Shown here one piece after another: positions 37,926-48,486 of a DNA stretch of 64,000 nucleotides. Origin of the DNA: an uncultured Acidobacteriota bacterium (GTDB taxonomy: Bacteria > Acidobacteriota > Thermoanaerobaculia > Gp7-AA8); contig CAVUKB010000005.1 of the NCBI GenBank assembly GCA_963741955.1, positions 352,001 to 416,000 of the forward strand, given 5' to 3'. Numbering within the stretch: position 1 is the stretch's first letter; the number at the start of each line of letters is the position of its first letter. Both the position numbers and the translations under genes were made by a program. A model generated the notes under the pieces. It was not told where the DNA came from, made no database searches, and saw only the letters and a list, made by a program, of their open reading frames with translations.

Positions 37926-39460
37926 CGCGGGATCTCCAGTCGGGCGAATGGCGGGGCCGGCGCTGTCGGGATTCCTTCCAGCGCGTGCTCGAGCGTCAGC
38001 AGTTCGGCCTCGAGCGGGATCGAGAGCTCGAGCTCGGCAACCGAATCCGGCGCGAGGTCGCCCGGGAGGGCGATCCAACGGTCGAACAGCACGGTCTCTC
38101 CCGAAAGAGCCTTCAGAACCAATCTGTATCCCGGCTCTCCCCAGAGCGCGGAGCGCACCGACGCGTTCCCCTCGTTTCGCACCGAGATCCGCACGACACG
38201 CCCGTCCAACCCCGCCACCGCTTCGATGAGATTCACTGCGATGTGCGGGAAGAGCGCCCAGCCACCGCCGGCCGGCCGGCTCCGTCCGACCGGACCGTCC
38301 GTCGCGTCCCGGATGATCCGGGTGTAGTCGTCCACCGCCCGCTCGAGCGATGCGTTCAGTTCCACCCACTTCCGGCGTGCCGCCCGCGCCTCGTCCCGAT
38401 CTTCATCGTCGAGCATGAACTCCACGAGCGACGGGATCTCTCCCTCACCGAAGGGAATCCTGCTCACCACGGCACGCGGGAGCTCACCGAACTGCGCGTA
38501 GTCGCTCACTGCCACCGGCTTGCCGGCAGCGAGAATCTTGATCAGAGGCCCCGACGTCTCTCCTGCGGTCGGATACCGGAGGTTCACGATCCGGTCGACC
38601 GCGGCGAGGCTCTCGACGAATTCGAGGTCGGACACGTAGCCGGTGACGTTCCACACGTCTGGTGCCAGGCCTGCAGAATGGGCGATCCTCTGGAGATCGA
38701 TATTCGGCGAGGGCTCGCCGACGACCAGAAGCCGAAGGTTCGCGTCTTTCGCATGCGCCCGTGCGAACGCCTCGAATACCACCTCCGGCCGCTTGGCCGC
38801 AGTGACGAAGCCGAACATCCCGACCCACCGCTCGTCGTCGCGGGCCCCGAGGGCTCGCCGGACTTCCTCGCGACTCCTTCCCCCCTCCAGCGGGAGATGC
38901 GGGTGACCGATGACGTGAATCGGCGCTCGAACGCCGTACTCCTCGAGACGCTCCGCGGCCCAGCGATTGTGAACGATCACCGCCTGCGACGACGCCGCGA
39001 GCTCGATCGACGAGGGGAAGAGGAAGTTCCCGAGCTCCTCGTGGATCCCCGCGACGCGCGACGCCGCCCACGCCCGTCCCGCCGCGCCGTGGTTCCGCTC
39101 GAGGATGTCCATGTACCCTTCCGCATCACCGCGTGCGAGAGTCATTTCGACGATCAGGTGCTGGAGCACGAAATCGTGGAGGACGACGATCGATGGACGC
39201 GCGATCGCATACCGGTAGACGAATTCGTGGTACGGGTTGTTGCCCATCTGGCAGACGACCCGATCGAAGCCGCCGGGCTCGAACTCCTCGATCGGGATCA
39301 CCCTCGCTGCGACCTCGTCGACCCTCGGCTGGTTCACCACGCAGGTCAGATCGAAGCGGGCTGCTAGCCCCGGCAGCAGCATCGCCGTGTAATCGGCGAT
39401 GCCGCTTCGCGCGGGAGGAAGCGGAGAGAGGAGCGCGAGGGAAAGCATCTGGAGATCCAT
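37922..39460 (-). CDS. Glycosyltransferase family 4
   Basis: SPLPPARSGIADY, GNNPYH, LHD, LRYPTAGETSG. Confidence 0.88.
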   Translation of the reverse strand: MDLQMLSLALLSPLPPARSGIADYTAMLLPGLAARFDLTCVVNQPRVDEVAARVIPIEEFEPGGFDRVVCQMGNNPYHEFVYRYAIARPSIVVLHDFVLQHLIVEMTLARGDAEGYMDILERNHGAAGRAWAASRVAGIHEELGNFLFPSSIELAASSQAVIVHNRWAAERLEEYGVRAPIHVIGHPHLPLEGGRSREEVRRALGARDDERWVGMFGFVTAAKRPEVVFEAFARAHAKDANLRLLVVGEPSPNIDLQRIAHSAGLAPDVWNVTGYVSDLEFVESLAAVDRIVNLRYPTAGETSGPLIKILAAGKPVAVSDYAQFGELPRAVVSRIPFGEGEIPSLVEFMLDDEDRDEARAARRKWVELNASLERAVDDYTRIIRDATDGPVGRSRPAGGGWALFPHIAVNLIEAVAGLDGRVVRISVRNEGNASVRSALWGEPGYRLVLKALSGETVLFDRWIALPGDLAPDSVAELELSIPLEAELLTLEHALEGIPTAPAPPFARLEIPR

Positions 39461-39533
39461 TATCTATGATCTGCCAAATCTGCTGTCCGGGATCCGCGGT
39501 CCGGACCGCCCCCGTGGCATCAGAGACCAGAGC

Positions 39534-40644
39534 TCAGATGCCCTCCGCGCTTTTCTTCGCGTTGGTGGCGAGGTACGACTCGATCAGCGGATCGATGTCG
39601 CCGTCGAGGACGCGCTGGATGTCGCCGATCTCATAGCCGGTGCGGAGGTCCTTGACCATCTGGTACGGCTGGAGGACGTAGGACCGGATCTGGCTTCCGA
39701 ACCCGATCTCCCGCTTCTCGCCTGCCAGCTTCGCGTGCTCGTCGTCACGCTTGTCGAGCTCGATCTGGTAGAGGCGCGCCTTGAGGATCTTCATCGCCGT
39801 CTCGCGATTCCGTCCCTGACTCCGCTCGTTCTGGCAGGTGACCACGATGTTCGTTGGGAGATGGGTGATCCGTACCGCCGAATCGGTGACGTTGACGTGT
39901 TGGCCGCCGGCTCCCGATGAGCGGTAGGTATCGATCCGGAGATCCTTGTCCAGCACTTCGATCTCGATCTCCTCGTCGATGTCCGGATAGACGTAGACGG
40001 ATGCGAAGGAGGTGTGTCTCCGCTTCGCCGCGTCGAACGGAGAGATCCGGACCAGCCGGTGCACTCCGTGCTCGGATTTCAGATACCCATACGCGTAGTC
40101 GCCGCGGACCATGAACGTCACGCTCTTGATCCCCGCTTCGTCGCCGGCCTGGTAGTCGACCATTTCGGTCGGGAAGCCGCGCCGTTCGCAGAACCGGAGG
40201 TACATCCTGAGGAGCATGTCCGCCCAGTCCTGCGATTCCGTTCCCCCCGCGCCGGGGTGAATGGAGACGATCGCGTCCCGATCGTCGTGCGGACCGGAAA
40301 GCTTCATGGTCATTTCGACCTGATCGACTTCCTGCTCCAGCTGGGAGACGAGGGATTCGATGTCGGCGGAAACGTCCTCCCCTTCCTTCTCCAGTTCGGC
40401 GAGAACGTCGACCTCTTCGGCTTTGGTCTCCAGCGACGTCGCCGTCTCCAGACGCTTTTCCACCAGGCGACGTTTGCGGTTCAGCTCCTGTGCACGATTC
40501 TGGTCGTTCCAGAACCCTTCGCCCGACATTTCCTTCTCGATCTCGTCGATCGATCTCTGTGCGGCAACGGGGTCAAAGATAACCTCGAATCGCCTGGAGT
40601 CGCTCCCGAAGCTCTTCTACTTTCGCGGCTGTCTGTTCCTTCAT
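39534..40644 (-). CDS. prfB: Peptide chain release factor 2, +1 programmed frameshift
   Basis: MKEQ...RGYL then CTT-TGA-C (40578-40572) with upstream GAGG; SPF and GGQ motifs; 369 aa after the shift. Confidence 0.96.
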
Positions 40645-42242
40645 CTGATGACCCTTCTCCGTACGACGGCCGCTGCAACAGCGAGGACGGCCGCGAGAAT
40701 TGCAAACCAGTCGCCGAATCTGACGTAGGCGGTGAGACGGTGCCGCGGAGCGAAGGTTGCCATGATGGTTCCCTTCCTTCCGACCGGCAACTCCTGCACG
40801 ATCTTTCCGGTCGGATCGACCACCGCCGAGATTCCGGACGTCGCCGCCCGCAGCAGGTAGCGGTTGTCTTCGATCGCGCGGAGTCGCGCGTTGTTCAGGT
40901 GCTGGCGCGGCGCCGCTGTCTCCCCAAACCACCCGTCGTTGGTGATGGTCACCAGGACGTCGGCACCGTTGCGGACCTGCTGCGCCGTGATCTGCGGGTA
41001 AACCACCTCGTAGCAGATCGCCGGACCATAGCTGAACTTCCCTTTGAGGGGACGGTCATTGCTTCCGAACTGGAAATTGCCGACCGCGTGAACGAGCTTC
41101 CGTGCAAAGAAGAGCATCTTCCGGAGAGGCACGTACTCACCGAACGGCACCAGCCGGATCTTGTCGTAACGGCCCCTGGTCGTCCCCACCGTCACGATGT
41201 AAGCCGAGTTCCAGAGCTTGTCCGGATCGCGCGGGTCTTCCGCGACCGACCCGAGGATCACATCGATTCCTTCCAGACGGGAGATCGATTCGACGTAGTC
41301 CCGAAGCATCGGTGTGGTCATGTAGACCACCGGCACCGTGGACTCCGGCCAGATGATGACGTCGGGCTTCGGTTTCGCTTTCGCCGCGGCGTCCGTCATC
41401 TCGGTCATGGTCATGAAGATCGAGAGCGTCTGCCCCTCGTCCCACTTCATCGTCTCGGGAATGTTCGGCTGGAGCAGTGCCGCGGTGTAGGTCTTCTCGT
41501 CGAGAATGCGGAAGTTCTCCCGATCGATGAGAACGATACCGGTGGTCCACCAGAGAAGACCGAAGACGAGCAGTCCGCCGATCACCACGATCTTCTTACC
41601 ACCAGGGGCGGAGACGAGAACTATCCAAGCCAGGAGCGTGGAGAAGAGAACGATCATCGCGCCGATGCCGTAGGGACCGAAGACCGGCGCGACCTGGACG
41701 ATCGGCCGGAGATCGACCGCGGCAGCGGCGATCAGATTCCACGGAAAACCGGTCAGAAGAAACGTCCGGCCGAACTCCACCGCCGCCCAGACGAACGGGA
41801 TCACGAACCACCAGCGGATCGCTTCCCCGGGCCGGATCAGGTGCACGAAGAGTGTGAAAAGGCCGCCGTAGAGCCCCAGGACGATCGACATCGCAACGAA
41901 CAGAGCCACTCCGGTCGGATACGGAAGGCCGCCGTACTTCGACATCACCGTGATCACCCAGGGAACGTTGATCAGCCAGGTGACGGTGTAGCCGGCGCTG
42001 CCGAGGAAAAAGGCCTCGAGCTTTCCACTCGCGGTCACCGCGGCGAGGATCAGCGGGACGAACGCGACGAAGATCAGCGGGGCGAGATTGTAGTCCGGAA
42101 AGCTGACCGCGATCAGCACGCCGCCGAGCATCGCCGAAAGAAACCGCACCCACCGTGCGGCGAGCCATCGGCGGACCATCGTGGTGGCCGGGCCGTCCGT
42201 GGAGAGCGAGGTCTGGGAATCGGTAGTCGTCAATGCCGTCAT
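40641..42242 (-). CDS. lnt: Apolipoprotein N-acyltransferase
   Basis: GFPW, QPNI, WPES, KIRLVPFGEY, ICYE, TNDGWFG. Confidence 0.95.
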   Translation of the reverse strand: MTALTTTDSQTSLSTDGPATTMVRRWLAARWVRFLSAMLGGVLIAVSFPDYNLAPLIFVAFVPLILAAVTASGKLEAFFLGSAGYTVTWLINVPWVITVMSKYGGLPYPTGVALFVAMSIVLGLYGGLFTLFVHLIRPGEAIRWWFVIPFVWAAVEFGRTFLLTGFPWNLIAAAAVDLRPIVQVAPVFGPYGIGAMIVLFSTLLAWIVLVSAPGGKKIVVIGGLLVFGLLWWTTGIVLIDRENFRILDEKTYTAALLQPNIPETMKWDEGQTLSIFMTMTEMTDAAAKAKPKPDVIIWPESTVPVVYMTTPMLRDYVESISRLEGIDVILGSVAEDPRDPDKLWNSAYIVTVGTTRGRYDKIRLVPFGEYVPLRKMLFFARKLVHAVGNFQFGSNDRPLKGKFSYGPAICYEVVYPQITAQQVRNGADVLVTITNDGWFGETAAPRQHLNNARLRAIEDNRYLLRAATSGISAVVDPTGKIVQELPVGRKGTIMATFAPRHRLTAYVRFGDWFAILAAVLAVAAAVVRRRVIR

Positions 42243-42372
42243 AAACGCATCCGCGATCTGGAATCTCTCATCGTCGATCTCGGGAATCCGTCACGGGGTG
42301 AGAAGTCCGGGGTGCGCAGTAGCAACTGAGAGGAACATACGTGGCGGCCGGAATGCGATCCGGCACAGCTGC

Positions 42373-42867
42373 TCACTTCTTGAAGAGATTTTCGAACGCT
42401 CTCCGTGCGTCGTCGGCGGAACGGATGTTTCCGCCATGGCCACCGTTGCCGCCGTTGCCGTTGGTTCCGGGCCCCTTGTCCGCGGTCAGATCACGGATGA
42501 TCTTCGGATCGAAGAGTCCGCACTGATTCGCTTTGTCCTTCGGTGCAACCCGGGCCGGGATGGTCGCCTTGCACTCCCACTGGGTGGAGGTGTCGAAAAA
42601 CTTGCAGTTGGTGCAGGTGTGGAGGTCCGCGCCGCATTTGCACGCGAGGTCGGATTCGAGCTCTCCGGTCAGGATCTGCTTCTGGCCGCAACGACTGCAC
42701 TTGAAGACTTCCGGACCTGGCGCGCCGGCCGAACGCCCGCGTGGGGCACCTTCGATGCGCGTGCGAGGCGGCTCCGGACGGGGAGCCGAACCGCCGGACG
42801 AACCGCCCGCGGGCTTTTCGGTTCCGCTGTCCATGTATCCGCGGTGTCTGTATTTTCGATCGCTCAA
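42373..42867 (-). CDS. Cys-rich (Zn-ribbon-like) hypothetical protein
   Basis: CSRC, CKC, CTNC plus two further Cys; TTG start after GAGG. Confidence 0.75.
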   Translation of the reverse strand: MSDRKYRHRGYMDSGTEKPAGGSSGGSAPRPEPPRTRIEGAPRGRSAGAPGPEVFKCSRCGQKQILTGELESDLACKCGADLHTCTNCKFFDTSTQWECKATIPARVAPKDKANQCGLFDPKIIRDLTADKGPGTNGNGGNGGHGGNIRSADDARRAFENLFKK

Positions 42868-42871
42868 GGGG

Positions 42872-43012
42872 TTACCTCAAATATGCAAAATAGAGCACGA
42901 CTGCGATCACGACGATGACCAGCAGCGTGAAGAGCCTCAGCGCGAAACGCGCGACTCTGAAGGCGAACCATGCAAGGAAAATGATCAGAAAGACCAGTAC
43001 CAGCTTTTCCAT
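42872..43012 (-). CDS. 46-aa two-helix membrane protein (not in the ORF track)
   Basis: MEKLVLVFLIIFLAWFAFRVARFALRLFTLLVIVVIAVVLYFAYLR. Confidence 0.65.
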   Translation of the reverse strand: MEKLVLVFLIIFLAWFAFRVARFALRLFTLLVIVVIAVVLYFAYLR

Positions 43013-43104
43013 CAGGGACGCGCTTCAGTGTACCAGAGTCGGGGAGAAACGCCGGGAGAGCCGGTGGCGCATTTGCGGTCCCTCGCGTCTTCCGCACATG
43101 ACCA

Positions 43105-44391
43105 TCAAAGCACGAGTCGTACCGGCTGTTCGAGATATTGCTTCAGAGTGCGCAAAAATTCCGCACCGGTCGCCCCGTCGATGACACGATGGTCGCACGA
43201 CATCGTCATTTTCATCATCTCACGAACCACAACCCGCCGCTCGCGCACGACTGGCTTCGGTCCCGCCGCCCCCACGGCCAGGATGGCCGAATTCGGTGGA
43301 TTGATGATCGCGGTGAACTCCTCGATCCCGAACATCCCCAGATTCGAGATGGTGAACGTGCTTCCCTGATATTCGTCCGGCCGCAACCTCCGGCTTCTCG
43401 CCCTTTCGGCCAGATCCCTCCCCACGGCGGAGATCTCCATCACGCTTTTCCCGTCCGTGTTGCGGATGACCGGCGTGATCAGCCCTTCCGGAGTCGCCAC
43501 TGCGATCCCGACGTGGACGTCTCCGTGCTGATGGATCGCCTCCGGAGTAAAACTCGAATTCACCGCCGGATGCCGCAGCAGCGAGAGCGCAGCTGCCCGG
43601 ACGACGTAATCGTTCACGCTGGTCTTCACCCCTTCGATCTCGTTGATCTGCGCCCGCAGCGACATCAGCTCCGTCACATCCGCCTCGACGGTCAGGAAGA
43701 AATGAGGAACGGGTCCGATCGATTCGACCAGACGCCGGGCGATCGTCCGGCGCATCGCGGAGAGGGGAATCTGCTTCTCTTCGAGCGAGGGTTGCGGCAT
43801 CCGCTGCACCGGCGCTTTCGTCGCGGAAGGCGGTTGCGACTTCGACGCCGGGCCCGATTCGGCCGCACGGCTGACGTCCGACGCGACGACGCGCCCCGCC
43901 GGACCGCTTCCCTGGACCGAACCGATGTCGACACCGAGCTCGCGCGCCATCCGGCGAGCCAGCGGTGACGAGCGCACGAAGCCGCCCGGCGGCGGCTCCG
44001 GAATCACGGGAGGGGTCATTTCGGGCGGAGCACCCGCCTCTGCAGGCGCGGCCTGCGCCTCTCCCTTCGCGGCCGGTTCCCGCTCCGGGGCAACGGGTTT
44101 CTGCGGCGCTTCCTTCGTGCTCCCCTTCGCCGCCTTCTTCTTCGGGGCTTCTTCCCCTGGTCGCTGCACTCGCGAGAGCACCGCGCCGACTTGAGCAGTC
44201 TCCCCTTCTGCCACTTCGATCTCGCCGAGAACGCCGTCGTCTTCGGCTTCGAGATCGAGGTTCACCTTGTCCGTCTCGATCTCCAGCAGGGGCTCGCCGC
44301 GTTTCACCGCGTCGCCCGGTTTCCTGTACCAACGGACGACCTTTCCTTCGGTCATCGCGTCGCCCATCTTCGGCATGATGATCTCGGACAT
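43105..44391 (-). CDS. pdhC: Dihydrolipoamide acetyltransferase (E2)
   Basis: ETDKV lipoyl site, SPLARR, SNLGMFG, DHRVIDG. Confidence 0.93.
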   Translation of the reverse strand: MSEIIMPKMGDAMTEGKVVRWYRKPGDAVKRGEPLLEIETDKVNLDLEAEDDGVLGEIEVAEGETAQVGAVLSRVQRPGEEAPKKKAAKGSTKEAPQKPVAPEREPAAKGEAQAAPAEAGAPPEMTPPVIPEPPPGGFVRSSPLARRMARELGVDIGSVQGSGPAGRVVASDVSRAAESGPASKSQPPSATKAPVQRMPQPSLEEKQIPLSAMRRTIARRLVESIGPVPHFFLTVEADVTELMSLRAQINEIEGVKTSVNDYVVRAAALSLLRHPAVNSSFTPEAIHQHGDVHVGIAVATPEGLITPVIRNTDGKSVMEISAVGRDLAERARSRRLRPDEYQGSTFTISNLGMFGIEEFTAIINPPNSAILAVGAAGPKPVVRERRVVVREMMKMTMSCDHRVIDGATGAEFLRTLKQYLEQPVRLVL

Positions 44392-44434
44392 AGTTACTTC
44401 CCACCCTGCATCGATTCGACCGTTCCCGGTGCGT

Positions 44435-45421
44435 TCAGCCCCGGTACATCACGCCCCGCACAGCCCGGATCACGTCCTGCTCGTGCGGAACGGCGAGCAG
44501 CTCGAGGTTTCGCGCGTACGGCATCGGCACGTCCTCGCCGGTCACGCGGGCGACCGGCGCGTCGAGCTCGTCGAAGACCGTCTCGGATATGCTCGCGGCG
44601 ATCTCCGCCGCCGCACCGAACGGCTTCCACTGCTCCTGGACCACCACTGCCCGATGCGTACGGCGTACCGACTGATAGACCGGGTCGAGGTCGAGCGGAC
44701 GGAGCGTGCGGAGGTCGATCACCTCCGCTTCGATCCCATCTTCCGCCGCGAGCTTCTCCGCCGCTGCAAGCGAGAGCTGCAGCATTCTGCTGTATGAGAC
44801 GATCGTCACGTCGTCGCCCTCGCGCGCAATCCGCGATTTGCCGAACGGAACCAGAGCGTCGGGATCGTCCGGCACTTCGCCTTTGATTCCGTACAGCGCC
44901 GCGTTCTCGAGGAAGATCACCGGATCCTTCCCCCGGATCGCGGTCTTGAGCATTCCCTTCACATCGGCCGGCGTTCCAGGCGCGACGACCTTCAGTCCCG
45001 GGAAGTGACCGTAGAACGACTCGAAGGACTGCGAGTGCTGCGCCGACAACTGAACACCTGCCCCCTGGGGGCCGCGGATCACGATCGGGACGTCGACCTG
45101 ACCACCAGAGAAGTAGCGGATCTTCGCCGCGTGGTTCAGGATCTGGTCTGCGGCGACGATGGCGAAATTGAAGGTCATCATCTCCACGATCGGATGAAGG
45201 CCCATCATCGCCATTCCGATCGCGGTTCCGACCATTCCGGCTTCTGCGATCGGAGTGTCGACCACGCGCCTGGGGCCGTACTTCTTCAGCAGACCGGCGG
45301 TGATGCGGAACGTCCCTTCGTACACTCCGATGTCTTCGCCCAGGAGGAGCACCGAGCCGTCGCGGTCCATCTCCTCGACCAGCGCATCGTGAATCGCGTC
45401 ACGATAGGTGCGCTCAGCCAC
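44435..45421 (-). CDS. pdhB: Pyruvate dehydrogenase E1 beta
   Basis: GEDIG, DTPIAE, AQHSQ, DLRTLRPLD. Confidence 0.93.
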   Translation of the reverse strand: MAERTYRDAIHDALVEEMDRDGSVLLLGEDIGVYEGTFRITAGLLKKYGPRRVVDTPIAEAGMVGTAIGMAMMGLHPIVEMMTFNFAIVAADQILNHAAKIRYFSGGQVDVPIVIRGPQGAGVQLSAQHSQSFESFYGHFPGLKVVAPGTPADVKGMLKTAIRGKDPVIFLENAALYGIKGEVPDDPDALVPFGKSRIAREGDDVTIVSYSRMLQLSLAAAEKLAAEDGIEAEVIDLRTLRPLDLDPVYQSVRRTHRAVVVQEQWKPFGAAAEIAASISETVFDELDAPVARVTGEDVPMPYARNLELLAVPHEQDVIRAVRGVMYRG

Positions 45422-46451
45422 GCGGCATCTCCTTCCCCTCGTCGGAAGTGATGTCGGTGAAGAGCTCCGCGTCGTCGGGCTGAGGACTGTTCTCCGCGAA
45501 CTCGAGAGCCTTCGCGGCATCCTCTCCCGCCCGTGCTTCCATGGCGGCGATGTCGTCGTCGGTGAGCCCGCAGATCTCCTTGAGGCGGTTCGAGAGGATG
45601 GTGATCGGATCGCGGTGGCGATGCTTCTCGACCTCTTCCTTCGTCCGGTACGGCTGGAGGATGTCCGCCGCTCCGTGACCCGAGAATCGATAGGTGATCG
45701 CTTCGATGCAGTAGGGCCGCCCCGTCTCGCGTACCTGCCGGACGACCCGGTCCGCAACTCCGCGGATGGCGAAAACGTCCTGCCCGTCCACCTTCTCCGA
45801 AGGGATCTCGTATGCGTTCATGCGAGCCGAGAGATCGGTCAGAGCGGAATGCCGTTCGATCGACGTACCCATCGCGTAGCCGTTGTTCTCGATGATGTAG
45901 ATCGCCGGGCACATCCCCTGTTTGCCCCAGAGGCCGGCCATGTTCAGCGCTTCGTGGAACGAGCCGATATTCATCGCACCATCGCCGAAGAAACAGAGCG
46001 CGAGACGGTCGGTCTGCTGGTAGCGGAAGGCATAGGCCGCTCCGGTCGCAAGGGTCAGGTGTCCACCGACGATGCCGTAGCCGCCGTAAAACCCGTGCTC
46101 CGCGTCGAACAGGTGCATCGAGCCGCCCTTGCCGTGGGAGACGCCGGTCGCCTTGCCGAGCAGCTCGGCCATCACTGCGCCGGGGTCACTCCCGAGCATC
46201 AGGGCATGGGCGTGGTCGCGGTAGCCGGCGAAGACGGCGTCATCGGGGCGGATCGCGGTGAGGATCCCCGCTACGACCGCTTCCTGCCCGCTGTAGACGT
46301 GAAGATAGCCGCCGATCTTTCCCCGCCGGAATTGTCCCTCCGTCGTCTCTTCGAAGCGACGAATGAAGATCATTTTTCGCAGCAGCTCCGTCCACTCCGG
46401 GGCGCACACTTCCTCCTCGACGGGTGTCTGCTTTTCCTTTTTTCGAGCCAT
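45414..46451 (-). CDS. pdhA: Pyruvate dehydrogenase E1 alpha
   Basis: YRDH, GKGGSMH, GDGA...ENN, YRFSGH. Confidence 0.93.
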   Translation of the reverse strand: MARKKEKQTPVEEEVCAPEWTELLRKMIFIRRFEETTEGQFRRGKIGGYLHVYSGQEAVVAGILTAIRPDDAVFAGYRDHAHALMLGSDPGAVMAELLGKATGVSHGKGGSMHLFDAEHGFYGGYGIVGGHLTLATGAAYAFRYQQTDRLALCFFGDGAMNIGSFHEALNMAGLWGKQGMCPAIYIIENNGYAMGTSIERHSALTDLSARMNAYEIPSEKVDGQDVFAIRGVADRVVRQVRETGRPYCIEAITYRFSGHGAADILQPYRTKEEVEKHRHRDPITILSNRLKEICGLTDDDIAAMEARAGEDAAKALEFAENSPQPDDAELFTDITSDEGKEMPRG

Positions 46452-46597
46452 CAGAGTTGTACTCACTGCAATTCCTTCGCGCCTCCTCCTGCGAAGGCGG
46501 AACGCGAGATTCTAGTTGGAAACGCGAAAATATTACAGACCGGGGGCCTCCGTCTTCACACGCTTTGCAAAAACGTGACCCTTCGTTCCCCCACTTC

Positions 46598-47896
46598 CTA
46601 CAGTTCACGGATGCGATTCCGGCGCATCAGAAACAGCGCAGAGATCACACCGAGCGCCACCGCGTTCGCGCCCAGGGCCAGCGAAACCGAGGCACGATCG
46701 GCGACCCATCCCGCGGTCAGGTTCCCCAGCGGCATGCCGCCGCGGAACGAGAGCATGAATATGGACATCACCCTCCCCCGCATCTCTTCGGTCGTCGCGA
46801 GCTGCACGAGTGAGCTCACGGTAGTGATGATCCCGAGCAGCGATGCGCCCGCGAAGAATACCGCGATCAGACTGATCCAGAGCGTTCCCGACGACGCGAA
46901 GATCAGGAGAAAGACCGCGAAGCCGAGCTGATACACGAGAGCGCTCCGCCCGCGGCCGGTGCGGTGCGACCGTGCGGCGACGAACAGTGCTCCTGCGACC
47001 GATCCCGCTCCCGAGGCAGTCATCATCCAGCTGTATCCCGTCGCACCGAATCCGAACACCGATTTCGCCACCACCGGAAGCATGGTCACCAGAGGGATTC
47101 CGAAAAACGTGCTCACGAATGCGAGGAGTGTCAGCTGGCGTATTGCGGGGCGCTGCTGCAGAAACGAGAATCCGGCGCGGATGTCGCCGAAGATGCTGCG
47201 CGTCTTCGCGACGACGGGTTGGAACGACGCACGGATCGCGAGGAGGCTGAGCATCACCGGAATGAACGAAACGCCGTTCAGTGCGAAGCACGCCGCCGGG
47301 CCGAGCGCCGCCAGTGCCAGTCCCGCGAGAACCGGACCGATCATCCGGGCCAGGTTGAACTGCATCGAGTTGAGTGCAATCGCGTTCGGCATGTCCTCGC
47401 GCGGTACGAGCAGCGGCAGGAGGGCCTGATAGGCAGGTCCGCCGAAAGCCTGGGCCGTTCCGGTGGCGAACGAGAGTGCGAAGATGTGCCAGACCTCCAC
47501 TTTCCCGCTGTAGATCAGCGCTGCGAGGATGAACGCAAGCGTCATCTGCGCCACCTGTGAGACGAGAAGGATCCGGCGGCGCTCCACCCGGTCGGCGACG
47601 ACTCCTCCGAAAAGTGAGAAGAGAATCATCGGTGCGGTGGCGAGAAATGCATCGACGCCCAGCAGGAATGCCGACTTCGTCATGGAGAGGACGACCCAGC
47701 TCTGGGCGACCGTCTGCATCCAGGTCCCGGTGGTGGAGGTGAACGCGCCGATCCAGAGGATGCGGAAGTCGCGCGAGCGGAACGCCTGAAATGCGCGGAG
47801 GGAGAGCTTCGCCCGAACCGATTCCGGCCCGTCGGCACCACGATCGCCTTCCGGGGAGCGCGAAGCGTCGTCGATGATCGACTCCTTGCATTCCAC
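46598..47896 (-). CDS. MFS transporter (MFS_3-like)
   Basis: GTWMQTVA, GVVADRVERR, NLARMIGP, MRGRVMS; start uncertain. Confidence 0.9.
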   Translation of the reverse strand: MECKESIIDDASRSPEGDRGADGPESVRAKLSLRAFQAFRSRDFRILWIGAFTSTTGTWMQTVAQSWVVLSMTKSAFLLGVDAFLATAPMILFSLFGGVVADRVERRRILLVSQVAQMTLAFILAALIYSGKVEVWHIFALSFATGTAQAFGGPAYQALLPLLVPREDMPNAIALNSMQFNLARMIGPVLAGLALAALGPAACFALNGVSFIPVMLSLLAIRASFQPVVAKTRSIFGDIRAGFSFLQQRPAIRQLTLLAFVSTFFGIPLVTMLPVVAKSVFGFGATGYSWMMTASGAGSVAGALFVAARSHRTGRGRSALVYQLGFAVFLLIFASSGTLWISLIAVFFAGASLLGIITTVSSLVQLATTEEMRGRVMSIFMLSFRGGMPLGNLTAGWVADRASVSLALGANAVALGVISALFLMRRNRIREL

Positions 47897-47984
47897 GCAC
47901 TCCTGCAGCACGTGGAGGTGTTCGTACGAGACGGGGCTCTTCTCCGGGAGGATCGTCCCACCCTCACCGGGGTGAAGATCCCGG

Positions 47985-48482
47985 TTACTGCAAACGGATC
48001 CGGCCGGCGGGCCGCACGCTGTGGGCGTGACAGATCGCGACCGCCAGCGCATCGGCGGCGTCCACGGACATTTTCAGCTCGCGCGCTCCGCGGACCAGGA
48101 GCTGAACCATGCTGCCAACCTGCGACTTCTCCGCCCCACCATATCCGACCACCGCACTCTTGACCGATCGCGGCGAATACTCGAAGACTTCGAGGCCTGC
48201 GTTGCACGCGGCGAGGAGAATCACTCCTCTGGCGTGCGCGAGCTGGATCAGGCTCTTCGGATTGAGTCCCGCGAACGGCGATTCCACGGCCATCGCGTCC
48301 GGAGAAGTGCGCGCGATGACTCCCGTCAGTTCCTCGTAGATTCTCCGCAGGCGCTCGGGGAACTGCTCGCCCCGTCGCGTCCGGACCTCTCCCTGTTCGA
48401 TGATCGACAGCTGACCCCGGCCGGAATCGATCACCCCATAGCCGGTGACGATGGAACCGGGATCGACGCCGAGAATCCTCAT
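47985..48482 (-). CDS. ruvC: Holliday junction resolvase
   Basis: ILGVDPG, AVE, KSAVVGYG, DAADALAVAICH. Confidence 0.96.
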   Translation of the reverse strand: MRILGVDPGSIVTGYGVIDSGRGQLSIIEQGEVRTRRGEQFPERLRRIYEELTGVIARTSPDAMAVESPFAGLNPKSLIQLAHARGVILLAACNAGLEVFEYSPRSVKSAVVGYGGAEKSQVGSMVQLLVRGARELKMSVDAADALAVAICHAHSVRPAGRIRLQ

Positions 48483-48486
48483 CGGA

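Noticed and set aside
40014-42329. Long plus-strand ORFs (771 aa here; also 37607-39367, 31962-33524, 20138-21697)
   Set aside because: These are antisense shadows of well-supported genes, common in high-GC DNA
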